Assembly: GCA_031367385.1 (NCBI GenBank)
Contig: JANLPS010000511.1
Coordinates: 1 to 38,987 of the forward strand
Source: Archangium sp.
GTDB taxonomy: Bacteria > Myxococcota > Myxococcia > Myxococcales > Myxococcaceae
Direction: 5' to 3'
Length of the DNA: 38,987 bases
Below the pieces are notes generated by a model. The model was not told the DNA's origin, did no database searches, and worked only from the letters and a program-made list of their open reading frames with translations. Made by a program: the position numbers and the translations under genes. Shown one piece after another: positions 17,249 through 26,730 of this stretch (within the stretch, counting starts at the first letter, position 1; the number at the start of each line of letters is the position of its first letter).

Positions 17249-17734
17249 TTACGAATGAACCTTCACCTCGATGCTCCGCGGCTTGGCCTCTTCACGTTTC
17301 GGCAGCCGCATCGTCAAGACGCCGTGCGAATAGCTGGCCTCACATTGAGCGCCGTCGACCGACTTCGGCAGCACGAACGACCGCGTCATCGTGCCGAACG
17401 CGCGTTCGCTGCGAACGAGGCCGGTGTGGTTCTCATCGAAGGGCTGCTTTCGCTCAGCTTGAACCGTGAGCACGTCACCTTCGAAGCGCACCTGAATCGC
17501 GTTCGGGTCGCACCCTGGTACATCGAGGCTGACCTCGAGCGCGTTGGGGCCCTCGACCACATCGGCCGCGGCGATGAACGCCGAGGCACCCCAGGCGGTG
17601 GGCAAGGCGCGATCTGCGGCGAACGGCCGGTTCCACAGAGTCAACGCATCGTCGAACAAGCGGTCGACGGCGGGAGCGAGCGCCGCTTCAGTGCGCTCAA
17701 CGGGGCGGGTGTGCGGAAACCAACGGGCAAGCAT
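17249..17734 (-). CDS. Hsp20/alpha-crystallin small heat shock protein
   Basis: ADVVE...LDVPG, VLTVQAER, SERAFGTMTRSFVLP, ASYSHGVLTMRLPKREEAKPRSIEV. AGGAG SD. Confidence 0.95.
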   Translation of the reverse strand: MLARWFPHTRPVERTEAALAPAVDRLFDDALTLWNRPFAADRALPTAWGASAFIAAADVVEGPNALEVSLDVPGCDPNAIQVRFEGDVLTVQAERKQPFDENHTGLVRSERAFGTMTRSFVLPKSVDGAQCEASYSHGVLTMRLPKREEAKPRSIEVKVHS

Positions 17735-17793
17735 TGTCTCTCTCCTTTTCGTGTGATGCGCGGCGTGAGTGCCGCGAGAAATGAAATGAAACA
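17735..17793 (-). promoter_or_regulatory. Candidate RNA thermometer in the hsp20 leader
   Basis: U-rich arm UGUUUCAUUUCAUUUCUCG can pair, with several G-U pairs and bulges, to CGAAAAGGAGAGAGACA, which contains the SD. It encloses a GCGGC/GCCGC hairpin. Confidence 0.4.
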
Positions 17794-17806
17794 GCCTTCA
17801 ATCGTG

Positions 17807-18007
17807 TCAAGCCCCGCTGCGCAGCGAGGCACCGTGTTGCGACCCGGGCCGAGTGACCCACACGTCACGCAGGTGTGCGCTCGCCTTCGCAAGCGCTCCG
17901 GGCTCTGCGGGTAAGAACACCGCGGTTGAAACGCTGCAGCTCGGGCACACCACAGGTGGGCGTCGCTGCTTGGTCGTGGCTCCACAATCACTGCATTCCC
18001 AGTGCAT
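17807..18007 (-). CDS. Small rubredoxin-like (CxxC...CPxC) metal-binding protein
   Basis: ATG 18007 follows GAGGAG. Sequence MHWECSDCG...PPVVCPSC...F resembles the rubrerythrin C-terminal domain. Confidence 0.7.
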   Translation of the reverse strand: MHWECSDCGATTKQRRPPVVCPSCSVSTAVFLPAEPGALAKASAHLRDVWVTRPGSQHGASLRSGA

Positions 18008-18064
18008 GGCCTTTCTCCTCGTTGTGGTTTCTTGCGGGTGAAACGGGGGGGTGCGACGGGCCGA

Positions 18065-18092
18065 AAAATAAATCAGCGCCAAAAGCTGTCAA
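18065..18092 (-). promoter_or_regulatory. Putative sigma70-type promoter of the rubredoxin-hsp20 operon
   Basis: TTGACA-16 bp-TATTTT in an AT-rich patch. Confidence 0.5.
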
Positions 18093-18134
18093 GTCACCGC
18101 GACGCGCACCGTCGCTGACATTCGCACCTGCGGG

Positions 18135-19925
18135 CTACTGGTCGAGCGGCGTGCCCGCGGGCATGCGAATTTCAAAGGTCGTGCCCTTGCCCGGCTTCGA
18201 CTTGAAGCTGACCGTGCCGTCGTGCTCCTCGACGATGGTCTTCACCAACGCCAGCCCCAACCCGGTGCCGTTCTTCTTGCCACTGGTGACGAACGACTCA
18301 AAGAGCCGGTCGGCGATCTCGGCCGGTATGCCCGGGCCGTTGTCGGTGACGCGAAAGATGACGTCGTCTTCGTCGCGGCTGCAATGCAGCGTGAACTTGC
18401 CGCCCTCCGGCATCGCGTCGATCGCGTTTCGAGCCAGGTTGAACAGCGCGCGGGTCAGCTTCTTCTCGTCGAACTTCGCGGTGCCTGTGTAGACCGAGTC
18501 CATCTTCAGCTCGATGGGCTTCGGGGCGGCCGAGAGCTCCTGCACCAGCTGTTCTTGGAGCTCACGCAGGTACACGTGCAAGAACACCTTGCGCTTGAAC
18601 AGGCTGCGCTCACCTCTCACGAAGGCCAGCGTCTCAGACTGCATCGCGGTCACGTGGTCGATCTGCGACATGATGCTCGCGGTGAACTTCGCGCGCACCG
18701 TGCGGTCATTCTCGTCGCTCAGCATCTCGGCGTACCCGCTGATCACCGTCAGCGGAGTTCGCAGGTCGTGAAGCATGCCCGCGATCATCTGGCCAATCGA
18801 CGCCAGCCGCGCCTTGCGCTCTTCTTCTTCGCGGTTCTGCCGACGCACCAACGCGCGGCCAATCTGCCCGGCCAACAGCACCGCGATGTGCTCGTCGGCC
18901 TCGCTGAACCCGCCCTTCTTGTTGAGCAGCTCGAGCGCGCCCAACACGTGGCCTTCGCCGGTGACCGGCACGCACAACACCGCCGCCGCCAGGGGTATGC
19001 CGAGCTTCTTCGAGACGCTCTTGTCGTGGTACGGCGACTCGTCGGCCTTGTCGACGCGAACCACCGCCTCGCTCTGCGTCACATAGCCGGCGATGCCCTG
19101 CCCGCTCTTCAACCGAAACGTCTTGAGCGACTCGCTCCCGGCGCCGCGAGCACTGCGAAAGTACAAGCTGTCGCGGTCTTCTTCGACGATCAGAATCGAG
19201 CCTGCCTCGGCCTCGACCAGCTCGGTCGCGGTCTTCAAGATGCCGTCGAGCAGCTGGGTTTGATCTTCAGACCGCGAGATGGCCTTCTCGGTCGCGTACA
19301 GCGCGTCGAGGTCTTTGACCTTGCTGGCCAGCTCGTCGCTCTGCAGGCGCAGGGTCTCGACCAGCCTGACGTTGTCGAGCACCGCCGCGACCTGCGAGGC
19401 CACGCCTTCGACCAGCGCACGGTCATCGGTGTTGAAGGCCTCGATTTTTCGATGCAGCACCTGCAGCACGCCCAGCAACCGGCCGCTCACGTGCCGCAGC
19501 GGAGCGGCGATGATCGACCTGGTTCGAAACCCCGACCGGCGATCGATGTCAGGGTTGAAGCGCGCATCGGCATACGCGTCGCCCAGGTGCAGCGTTCGCC
19601 CGGTGGTGAACACGTGCCCAGCGATGCCATGCGTGGTGCCGATGCGAATCTCGCGGAGGTCTGAGCCCTTGAGCACCCGAGACCAGAGCTCACCTTTGAC
19701 CTCGTCGTACATGAACAAGGTCGCGGCTTCGGCGCCGAGCAAGGCGGTCAACCGGTCCATCACCGTGCGGAGCAGCTCGTCGACGTCTCGTGCGCTCGAG
19801 ATGTGCGTGCCGATCTCGATGATCGCGCCAAAGCGCTCGGCCTGGCGGGCGACGGCCTCTTCGAGCTCGCCGAACTTACGCCCCAACACGTTGACCAAGC
19901 TGCCCGGATCAGTTCGAAGCGTCAT
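18135..19925 (-). CDS. Cytoplasmic double-GAF sensor histidine kinase
   Basis: Two GAF domains (GIAGHVF...DAYADARFN..D..SGFRTRS; GIAGYV...LELLNK), H-box LHDLRTPL, N-box NLARNAIDA, DNGPGI and GTGLGL. Confidence 0.93.
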   Translation of the reverse strand: MTLRTDPGSLVNVLGRKFGELEEAVARQAERFGAIIEIGTHISSARDVDELLRTVMDRLTALLGAEAATLFMYDEVKGELWSRVLKGSDLREIRIGTTHGIAGHVFTTGRTLHLGDAYADARFNPDIDRRSGFRTRSIIAAPLRHVSGRLLGVLQVLHRKIEAFNTDDRALVEGVASQVAAVLDNVRLVETLRLQSDELASKVKDLDALYATEKAISRSEDQTQLLDGILKTATELVEAEAGSILIVEEDRDSLYFRSARGAGSESLKTFRLKSGQGIAGYVTQSEAVVRVDKADESPYHDKSVSKKLGIPLAAAVLCVPVTGEGHVLGALELLNKKGGFSEADEHIAVLLAGQIGRALVRRQNREEEERKARLASIGQMIAGMLHDLRTPLTVISGYAEMLSDENDRTVRAKFTASIMSQIDHVTAMQSETLAFVRGERSLFKRKVFLHVYLRELQEQLVQELSAAPKPIELKMDSVYTGTAKFDEKKLTRALFNLARNAIDAMPEGGKFTLHCSRDEDDVIFRVTDNGPGIPAEIADRLFESFVTSGKKNGTGLGLALVKTIVEEHDGTVSFKSKPGKGTTFEIRMPAGTPLDQ

Positions 19926-19938
19926 GTCGGCGACCCCC

Positions 19939-22656
19939 TCAGTGCGCGTCAGACCACGAATGCCCGACCCCGACGTCTACTACCAGAGGCACAGAGAAGG
20001 TGGTGACCGACGTCATGATTCGCTTCGCCATCGCGGTCAGCGCCTCGGCCTCGTTCTCGGGGCACTCGAAGAGCAATTCGTCGTGCACCTGCAGCAGCAT
20101 TCGCTGTGATTTCGGCAATTCGACGTCGAGCTGCAACATCGCGCGCTTGACCAGGTCTGCGGCGGTGCCCTGAATCGGCATGTTGATGGCGGCGCGTTCG
20201 GCGGCCGAGGCGATGGCCCGGTTGCGGCTGGCCAAGTCAGGCATTGAGCGGCGGCGGCCGAACAGGCTCTCGACGAACCCGCTGCGCTTGGCCTTTTCGA
20301 CCGTCTGCTCGATGTACCCGGCAATGCCCGGAAACCGGGCGAAGTAACGCTCGATGATCGACTTCGCCTCTTCAACGGAGATGTTGAGGCGGGTCTTGAG
20401 GCCGTGGGGCGACAGCCCGTAGGCAATGCCGTAGTTCACCATCTTGGCCGCCCGGCGTTGCTCGTCGGTGACCTCGGCGACTGGCACCGAGAACACCTCA
20501 GCCGCGGTGCGCGCATGCACGTCGGCCCCCTCGGCGAAGGCGGTGACCAGCCCGGCGTCTCCGCTGATGTGCGCCAAGATGCGCAGCTCGATTTGCGAGT
20601 AGTCGGCCGAGACCAACACGTTGCCCTTCTCGGCCACGAAGGCTCGCCGAATCTGCCGGCCCAGCTCCGTGCGAATGGGGATGTTCTGCAGGTTCGGGTT
20701 GGTCGACGACAGGCGCCCGGTCGCGGCAGAGGCCTGGTGAAAGGTGGTGCGAATGCGCCCGTCGGTGCCGACCAGCGACGGCAAGGTGTCGAGGTAGGTG
20801 CTCTTGAGCTTGGCGACGTTGCGGTACTCGGTGATCGCCCGGGGCAGCGGGTGCTGCTCGGCCAGCTTCTCGAGCACCTCTTGGTCTGTCGAGGGCCCGG
20901 TCTTGCCCTTTTTGAGCACCGGCAGCTTCAGCTCCTCGTACAGCACCTGCGCCAACTGCAAGGGTGACCCCGCGTTGAACTCGCGCCCCGCGTGCTTGTA
21001 GACCTCGGCGAGCAGGCCGTCGATCGACGCATCGACCGTGACTGAGATCTCTTTGAGGGCCGAGAGATCCACCGCGACGCCGGCGCGCTCCATGGTGGTG
21101 AGCACTTTGATCAACGGCACTTCGAGATCTCGGGCGATCGTGCCCAGACCCACGCCATCGACCTCCGTCCACAGCTCGGGGCCGATGCGATCGACCGCGT
21201 CTGCCCTCGCCCCGTACATCGCCGCCAGTCGAACCACCGAGATCTCAGTCATCGGCGCCTTGCCCCGCCCTGCCGCTCCGTCGGGCCAGGGTGGCAGCTC
21301 GATGCGCAGCCGCTCGCGAACGATGTCGGCCAGCGCGTGCTCCCGGCGCGACGGGTTCAACAAATACGACAGCAGCTCGACGTCGGTCGCGATGCGCGGC
21401 AGGTCGAGGCCGACCGATGCCAACAGGTGCAAGGTCGCCTTCGCGTCGTGGGCCAAAAGCTCGAGCCCCTCCCGCTGAATCGCCGGGCCGAACACCTCGG
21501 CCAGCACGTCGTGACCGCACTTGGAGACGTCGATATAGAACACGCTCCCACCCGAGACCATCACGCCGAGGCCGACCAGCACCGCCGAATGCGGCTCACC
21601 TTCGAACGCGGGCACCATCGCCGCGCGCGTGGCCCCTGAAAGCTCGAGCGCCAACGCCTCGAGCCCCGTGCGATCAGTGACGATGGTCGCCTCTTGCCGA
21701 AGCGGGCTCGCCGGAGGCGCCGGCATTTCTCCCAACAACCGGTAAAACTCGAGCTCGGTGAACATCGCCCGCGCCTCAGCCTGCAGAATCGGCTTTCGGG
21801 CCAGCGCCTCGGGGTCGACGTCGAGGGGCAGCGCGTCGCGAAACGAGACCAGGTCGAGCGCCCGCCGCAGCTGGGCCTCGTTCTCGGTCAGCGACTTGCG
21901 TATCGCGGGCTTCTTGACCTCGGGCAGCCGCTTGAGCAGCTCTTCGACCGACCCGAACTGCACCAACAGCTCGGTCGCGGTCTTGGGGCCAATGCCCGGC
22001 ACCTTGGGGATGTTGTCGATCGCGTCGCCGACCAGCGCCTGGTAGTCGCGCATTTGGTCAGGCCGAATGCCGAACTTCTCTTGCGCGTCGGCCTCGGTGA
22101 TCGGCTTGTCTTTCATCGCGTCGTAGATGTGCACGTCGGGCGCGAGCAGCTGCAGAAAGTCTTTGTCGCTGGTGATGATCTGGCTGTGAAACCCGTCTTT
22201 GCGCACCCGCTTGACCATGGTGGCGATGACGTCATCGGCCTCCCAGCCCTCGACCTCGAGAATCGGCAGGTTGAGCACCTCGGCGATTTTTCGAATCAGC
22301 GCGAACTGGGTGATCAGGTCTGACGGAGGCGCCTCGCGGTTCGCCTTGTAGTTCGGGTCGATCGCCAAGCGCCCCTTGCGGCTGTTGTTGTCGAAGCACA
22401 GCGCCATGTGGGTCGGCGGCTTCTCGCGCAGCAGCTTGAGCAGCATGCGGGTGAACCCCAGCACCGCATGGGTCGGTATGCCCTTCGACGTCGTGAGCGC
22501 CGGCAGCGCGTGGTAGGCGCGAAAAATGAAGCCCGAGGCGTCGACGAACATCACCGTTCGGGGCCCGGGCGGAGGCGCCGGCGCTACCGTTTCGGCGACC
22601 ACCGAGGGAGGAACAGACGCGTCAGGGCTCGAGAAGAGGTCTTGCTGCACCGGCAT
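19939..22656 (-). CDS. polA: DNA polymerase I
   Basis: 5'-3' exonuclease VDASGFIFRAYHA, EADDVIAT, GDAIDNIPKVPGIGPKTA. Polymerase TGRLSSTNPNLQNIP, ADYSQIELR, RRAAKMVNYGIAYG, QVHDELLFE. Confidence 0.98.
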   Translation of the reverse strand: MPVQQDLFSSPDASVPPSVVAETVAPAPPPGPRTVMFVDASGFIFRAYHALPALTTSKGIPTHAVLGFTRMLLKLLREKPPTHMALCFDNNSRKGRLAIDPNYKANREAPPSDLITQFALIRKIAEVLNLPILEVEGWEADDVIATMVKRVRKDGFHSQIITSDKDFLQLLAPDVHIYDAMKDKPITEADAQEKFGIRPDQMRDYQALVGDAIDNIPKVPGIGPKTATELLVQFGSVEELLKRLPEVKKPAIRKSLTENEAQLRRALDLVSFRDALPLDVDPEALARKPILQAEARAMFTELEFYRLLGEMPAPPASPLRQEATIVTDRTGLEALALELSGATRAAMVPAFEGEPHSAVLVGLGVMVSGGSVFYIDVSKCGHDVLAEVFGPAIQREGLELLAHDAKATLHLLASVGLDLPRIATDVELLSYLLNPSRREHALADIVRERLRIELPPWPDGAAGRGKAPMTEISVVRLAAMYGARADAVDRIGPELWTEVDGVGLGTIARDLEVPLIKVLTTMERAGVAVDLSALKEISVTVDASIDGLLAEVYKHAGREFNAGSPLQLAQVLYEELKLPVLKKGKTGPSTDQEVLEKLAEQHPLPRAITEYRNVAKLKSTYLDTLPSLVGTDGRIRTTFHQASAATGRLSSTNPNLQNIPIRTELGRQIRRAFVAEKGNVLVSADYSQIELRILAHISGDAGLVTAFAEGADVHARTAAEVFSVPVAEVTDEQRRAAKMVNYGIAYGLSPHGLKTRLNISVEEAKSIIERYFARFPGIAGYIEQTVEKAKRSGFVESLFGRRRSMPDLASRNRAIASAAERAAINMPIQGTAADLVKRAMLQLDVELPKSQRMLLQVHDELLFECPENEAEALTAMAKRIMTSVTTFSVPLVVDVGVGHSWSDAH

Positions 22657-22704
22657 AGCCCACGGCCGTAGCAGCGCCCCCGGGGCATGACAACCGTCGC
22701 TCGG

Positions 22705-24966
22705 TCACTCCTGACATTTCATTTCGGCCATCGCAGCAGTGGCCTTTTCTTTGTACGTGTCACCGTCGACCGCGTACTCGAGCACCGCCTTGAGCTCTTC
22801 GCAGCTGTTCGCGGTCTTGAAGAACTCCGCCGCCCGGCCGGTGCACTTGTTGGTGACGGCGCGCAGCAAATCGGTGTCGCTCTTCGAGAACGACATGCCC
22901 AATTTCCACACCCGGCAGGCCTGCCGCCAGTCTTGGCGATCAGCGAAACCCTTGCCCTTCTGATAGGTGCTCTTGCTCATCTCTTCGAGAATGTTTCGGC
23001 GAACGAACGACTTGCGGCGATCGAGCTCACGGCGCAGCGCCTCGTTGGTGCCCACGGTCTCGCCCATCACCAGCTTCTCATCGATGGCCAGGGCGTTGCG
23101 AAAGGGCTCCTCGGCCTTCTCGGGCTTGTCGTTGCCCAGCTCGGTCGAGCCGCTCTTGTACTGGTTCGCCGCCGAGGTCATGTTTCGCGAGAGCTCGCGC
23201 GCCTGGTCATGCAGCTTCGACTTCTGCATCGAGTCTTGAATGCGCTGCACCGGCACCAGCATCTCTTGAAATTTGCCATCGAAGTACAGCTCGAGCGCGT
23301 GCCCCATGTCGGGGTCGGGGTAGCGCTTCATGAAGTCTTCTTTGGCGCGCTTGGCCGGGTCTTCACCTGCCTGCGGAGGCCGAAACACCAGCAGCTCGGG
23401 GCACACCCACGGAGGCTCATTCGGGGTCAGCCGCTCGCGGGCCTTCAAGAAGTTCAAGTAGAGCGGGTCTTTGGGCCGCCAATCGTTTCGGCCCAGGGGG
23501 CCATCGAGCTTGGCCTTCATCATCACCGGCGCCTGGCGTTCGTCTTTGTCCATCAGCTGGCAGGCCAGCCGGGTGTAGAGCTCGCAGCGCTTGACCGCGT
23601 TCTCCCACTTGCCGTTGGCCGCGTACTGTTTGCACTCGGTGCCGGCGAGCTTCTTCACGTCTTCAACCGGCCCCTTGGCTGCCGCGAGCGCCTTCAGAAA
23701 GTACCCGCAATCAGGGTGAATCTTGGCGAACAGGTCGAGCGACTCTTCGGCGCGACCCGCGGCGACCAGGGTCTTGGCCTGCTTCAGGCTCTCTTCGCAG
23801 GCCCGGTTGAGCGAAATGCGCTTCATCAGCTCGTTGGCCTCTTTGTGAATCGGCTCGAGCTCGAGCGCCGCCTTGCACGCCTCTTCGGCGCGCGGCCAGT
23901 TGGGGCCGGTCGCTGAATCCATCGCGGAGTATTGCCGGCAGGCACCGAGCGCCTCTTCGAGCTGTTCGGCCGGCGACACCGCATGCTTACCAGACCCCGG
24001 CCCCCCCCCGGCGATCGGCTCGATGCCACCGGGGCGCACGGTGGTGCGCGGGCCCATCCAGGCCTTGACGCCGACCATCACGAGCAAGAAGACCACCACC
24101 ACCGCTCCGATGATCAGCAGCCGCTTGCGACTGCCGGGCACCTTGGCGCTGGTGGGCTCGAAGTCGTCGTCGTCTCGGGTTCGGTCGCGGCGCACTGGCG
24201 CTCTTCGCGGCGACACCGGGGCCTCCTTTGCCCGCACGACCGCCTGCCGTGGCCCTGACCCCGCCGATGACTCGAAGATCAGCTCGACCACACCGAATTG
24301 AATGATGTCGCCGACGGTGAGGGCGGTGTCGGTGGTGATCGGCACGCCGTTGACGGTGGTGCCGTTGGCGCTGCTCAAGTCGCGGAGCACCACCTCGCGC
24401 CCCTTCACTTCAAGCTCGGCGTGCTTTCGGCTCACCGAGTCGTCTTCGACCTGCAAATCGACCTCGGGCACGCGCCCAACCACCATCGTGCCCTTGAGCA
24501 CGAACGACTTGCCGCTCACCGCGCCGGTCAGGCCACGCAGCTGCGGGCTGACCGACCGGTTGGGCTTGGTGCGTTTGGCGAGCGCCGCGGGGCCACCCGG
24601 CTTGACCGCGTCGACCACGCCGGTCGAACGGCTGCCAGCCGGCTTGGCCTTGCCCGAGCTGGGCGAGCGCTTCGAGCGCGGTGACTCTTTGAGCCGCACC
24701 TCGTAGTCACCCACCACGACCACCGAGCTCGAGGTGATCGCCGTCGGCCCGTCGATTTTGACCCCGTCGACGAAGGTACCGTTGGCCGAACCCACGTCTT
24801 CGACCTCGACCTCGTCTCTCTTCAAGAAGAAGCGCGCGTGCTTTCGAGACACGCCCCCTTCGGTCAAGATGAGATCATTGCCCTCGGCGCGCCCGATGGT
24901 CAGCTGACCACCCAGCGTCTCTTCGGTTTCAGAGCCATCGGGGTGGCGAATGACGAGCGTCGGCAC
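22705..24966 (-). CDS. Double-FHA membrane protein with a Cys-rich TPR-like periplasmic domain (KilD-like)
   Basis: Two FHA domains (IGRAEGN...VSRKHA...SANGT; VGRVPEV...VSRKHA...SANGT), one TM and a helical Cys-paired C-terminus. It directly follows the ATPase. Confidence 0.85.
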   Translation of the reverse strand: MPTLVIRHPDGSETEETLGGQLTIGRAEGNDLILTEGGVSRKHARFFLKRDEVEVEDVGSANGTFVDGVKIDGPTAITSSSVVVVGDYEVRLKESPRSKRSPSSGKAKPAGSRSTGVVDAVKPGGPAALAKRTKPNRSVSPQLRGLTGAVSGKSFVLKGTMVVGRVPEVDLQVEDDSVSRKHAELEVKGREVVLRDLSSANGTTVNGVPITTDTALTVGDIIQFGVVELIFESSAGSGPRQAVVRAKEAPVSPRRAPVRRDRTRDDDDFEPTSAKVPGSRKRLLIIGAVVVVFLLVMVGVKAWMGPRTTVRPGGIEPIAGGGPGSGKHAVSPAEQLEEALGACRQYSAMDSATGPNWPRAEEACKAALELEPIHKEANELMKRISLNRACEESLKQAKTLVAAGRAEESLDLFAKIHPDCGYFLKALAAAKGPVEDVKKLAGTECKQYAANGKWENAVKRCELYTRLACQLMDKDERQAPVMMKAKLDGPLGRNDWRPKDPLYLNFLKARERLTPNEPPWVCPELLVFRPPQAGEDPAKRAKEDFMKRYPDPDMGHALELYFDGKFQEMLVPVQRIQDSMQKSKLHDQARELSRNMTSAANQYKSGSTELGNDKPEKAEEPFRNALAIDEKLVMGETVGTNEALRRELDRRKSFVRRNILEEMSKSTYQKGKGFADRQDWRQACRVWKLGMSFSKSDTDLLRAVTNKCTGRAAEFFKTANSCEELKAVLEYAVDGDTYKEKATAAMAEMKCQE

Positions 24967-24969
24967 CCT

Positions 24970-26718
24970 CTAGTCCTCTCTGAAGATGCCCATGTTGACG
25001 GGCATGCCACGGCGCTGCAGGTCTTCGTAGAAGCGCGGCACGAAGCCCGACGCCACGAAGCGGCCCCGCACCTTGAAGTCTTCAGTGAAGCCTTCTTGCT
25101 TGAAGGTGAAGATGTCTTGCAGCGTGACGATGTCGACCTCCATGCCGGAGATCTCGGTGATGTACGACACCTTGCGCGTGCCGTCTGAGAAGCGCGATTG
25201 CTGCACGATGATGTGCACCGCGCTGGCGATCTGCTCGCGAATGGCCTTCACCGGCAGGTCCATCCCCGCCATCAGCACCAGGGTCTCCAAGCGGGCCAGC
25301 GCGTCACGTGGGGTGTTCGCGTGCAGGGTGGTCAGCGAGCCGTCATGGCCAGTGTTCATCGCCTGCAACATGTCGAGCGCTTCACCCGAGCGGCACTCGC
25401 CGATCACGATTCGCTCGGGGCGCATGCGCAGGCAGTTCTTCACCAGGTCGCGAATGGTGACCGCGCCTTTGCCTTCGAGGTTGGCGGGGCGTGACTCGAG
25501 CTGAACCCAGTGCTCTTGATGCAGCTGCAGCTCGGCCGCGTCTTCAACCGTAATGATGCGCTCATCTTCGGGGATGAAGGAGCTCACGATGTTGAGCGTG
25601 GTGGTCTTGCCCGAGCCGGTGCCGCCCGAGATGATCGTGTTCTTGTGCGCCTTGACGCACATCTCGAGAAACTCAGCCATCTGCGGCGTGAGCGTGCGGT
25701 ACTTGATCAGATCTTCGATGCGCAGCGCCTCTCGCTTGAACTTGCGAATGGTGATGCACGGCCCCTTGAGCGCCAACGGAGGGATGATCGCATTGACCCG
25801 CGAGCCATCTTTGAGCCGGGCGTCGACCATCGGGCTCGACTCGTCGATGCGGCGGCCGATCGGAGCGACGATGCGCTCGATCACCCCCAGCACCGCCTGG
25901 TTGCTCGAGAAGATCTTGTCTGACAGCGTCAGCTTGCCCTTCTTCTCGATGTAGATCTGGTTGGCGTGGTTCACCATGATCTCGCTGATGTCGTCGTCAG
26001 CGAGAAAGGCCTCGAGGGGCCCCAGGCCCAGCGCCTCGTTGAGCACGTCGGTGAGCAACATCGAACGGTCGATGTCGGCGGGTATCTCGTTGTCGCCGTC
26101 CATCTGCTCGAGAATGTCGCGAATCGCTTTTTCGGTTCGCTTCCACAGCTCCTCGTCGCCGAGGCGGTCCATGTCCATTCGGCGGAGGTCGAGGTATTCG
26201 ATCAACCGGTCGTGAATGTCTTTCTGCAGGTTCGAGTACGCCTCGATGCGCGGGTCGGGGCCCTTGCCACGCCGCCGCAGCGCCGAGGCCAGTGACGCCG
26301 GCATGTTGTTCTTCTTCGCCACCACCGCTGCGGGCGCAGGCGCCGGGTCATCAGCCCCGTCGTCGTCGTGCTCTTCGGGCTCGTCGTCTTCGTCTTCGTA
26401 CTCACCGGCCGCCTCGAGGTCTTCTTCGCTCGGGGCCTCGATGTTGATGGTGTAGTCGCCGATCTGCACGCGGTCGGTGGGCTTGACCACCTGCGGAGCG
26501 CCGATTTTCTTGCCGTTAATGAACGTGCCGTTGGTCGACTTCAGGTCGACCACGATGTACTTGCCGTCTTTGAGCACGAAGCGCGAGTGGTACTTCGAGA
26601 CGTTGCCCTTGTTGAGCACGAGGTCATTGCCCGCAAGGCGGCCGAGCGTGACTTCGTCTTTGTCGAACGTCACTTGCGACGTGTCGCCGCCCTTTTCGGC
26701 GAGCGTGATCAAAAACAT
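24970..26718 (-). CDS. cpaF: FHA-fused Tad pilus assembly ATPase CpaF/TadA (KilF-like)
   Basis: N-terminal FHA (LGRLAGND...VSKYHS...STNGT), GLGPLE, RRIDESSPMVDARL, Walker A GGTGSGKTT, LRMRPERIVIGECR and MNTGHDGSLTTLHAN. Confidence 0.95.
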   Translation of the reverse strand: MFLITLAEKGGDTSQVTFDKDEVTLGRLAGNDLVLNKGNVSKYHSRFVLKDGKYIVVDLKSTNGTFINGKKIGAPQVVKPTDRVQIGDYTINIEAPSEEDLEAAGEYEDEDDEPEEHDDDGADDPAPAPAAVVAKKNNMPASLASALRRRGKGPDPRIEAYSNLQKDIHDRLIEYLDLRRMDMDRLGDEELWKRTEKAIRDILEQMDGDNEIPADIDRSMLLTDVLNEALGLGPLEAFLADDDISEIMVNHANQIYIEKKGKLTLSDKIFSSNQAVLGVIERIVAPIGRRIDESSPMVDARLKDGSRVNAIIPPLALKGPCITIRKFKREALRIEDLIKYRTLTPQMAEFLEMCVKAHKNTIISGGTGSGKTTTLNIVSSFIPEDERIITVEDAAELQLHQEHWVQLESRPANLEGKGAVTIRDLVKNCLRMRPERIVIGECRSGEALDMLQAMNTGHDGSLTTLHANTPRDALARLETLVLMAGMDLPVKAIREQIASAVHIIVQQSRFSDGTRKVSYITEISGMEVDIVTLQDIFTFKQEGFTEDFKVRGRFVASGFVPRFYEDLQRRGMPVNMGIFRED

Positions 26719-26730
26719 GGGCGGCCCTTT

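Noticed and set aside
18040..18125. CIRCE, HAIR or sigma54 site upstream of the hsp20 operon
   Set aside because: There is no TTAGCACTC-N9-GAGTGCTAA or CTTGAGT-N7-ACTCAAG, and TGGCGC is not followed by a correctly spaced TTGC.
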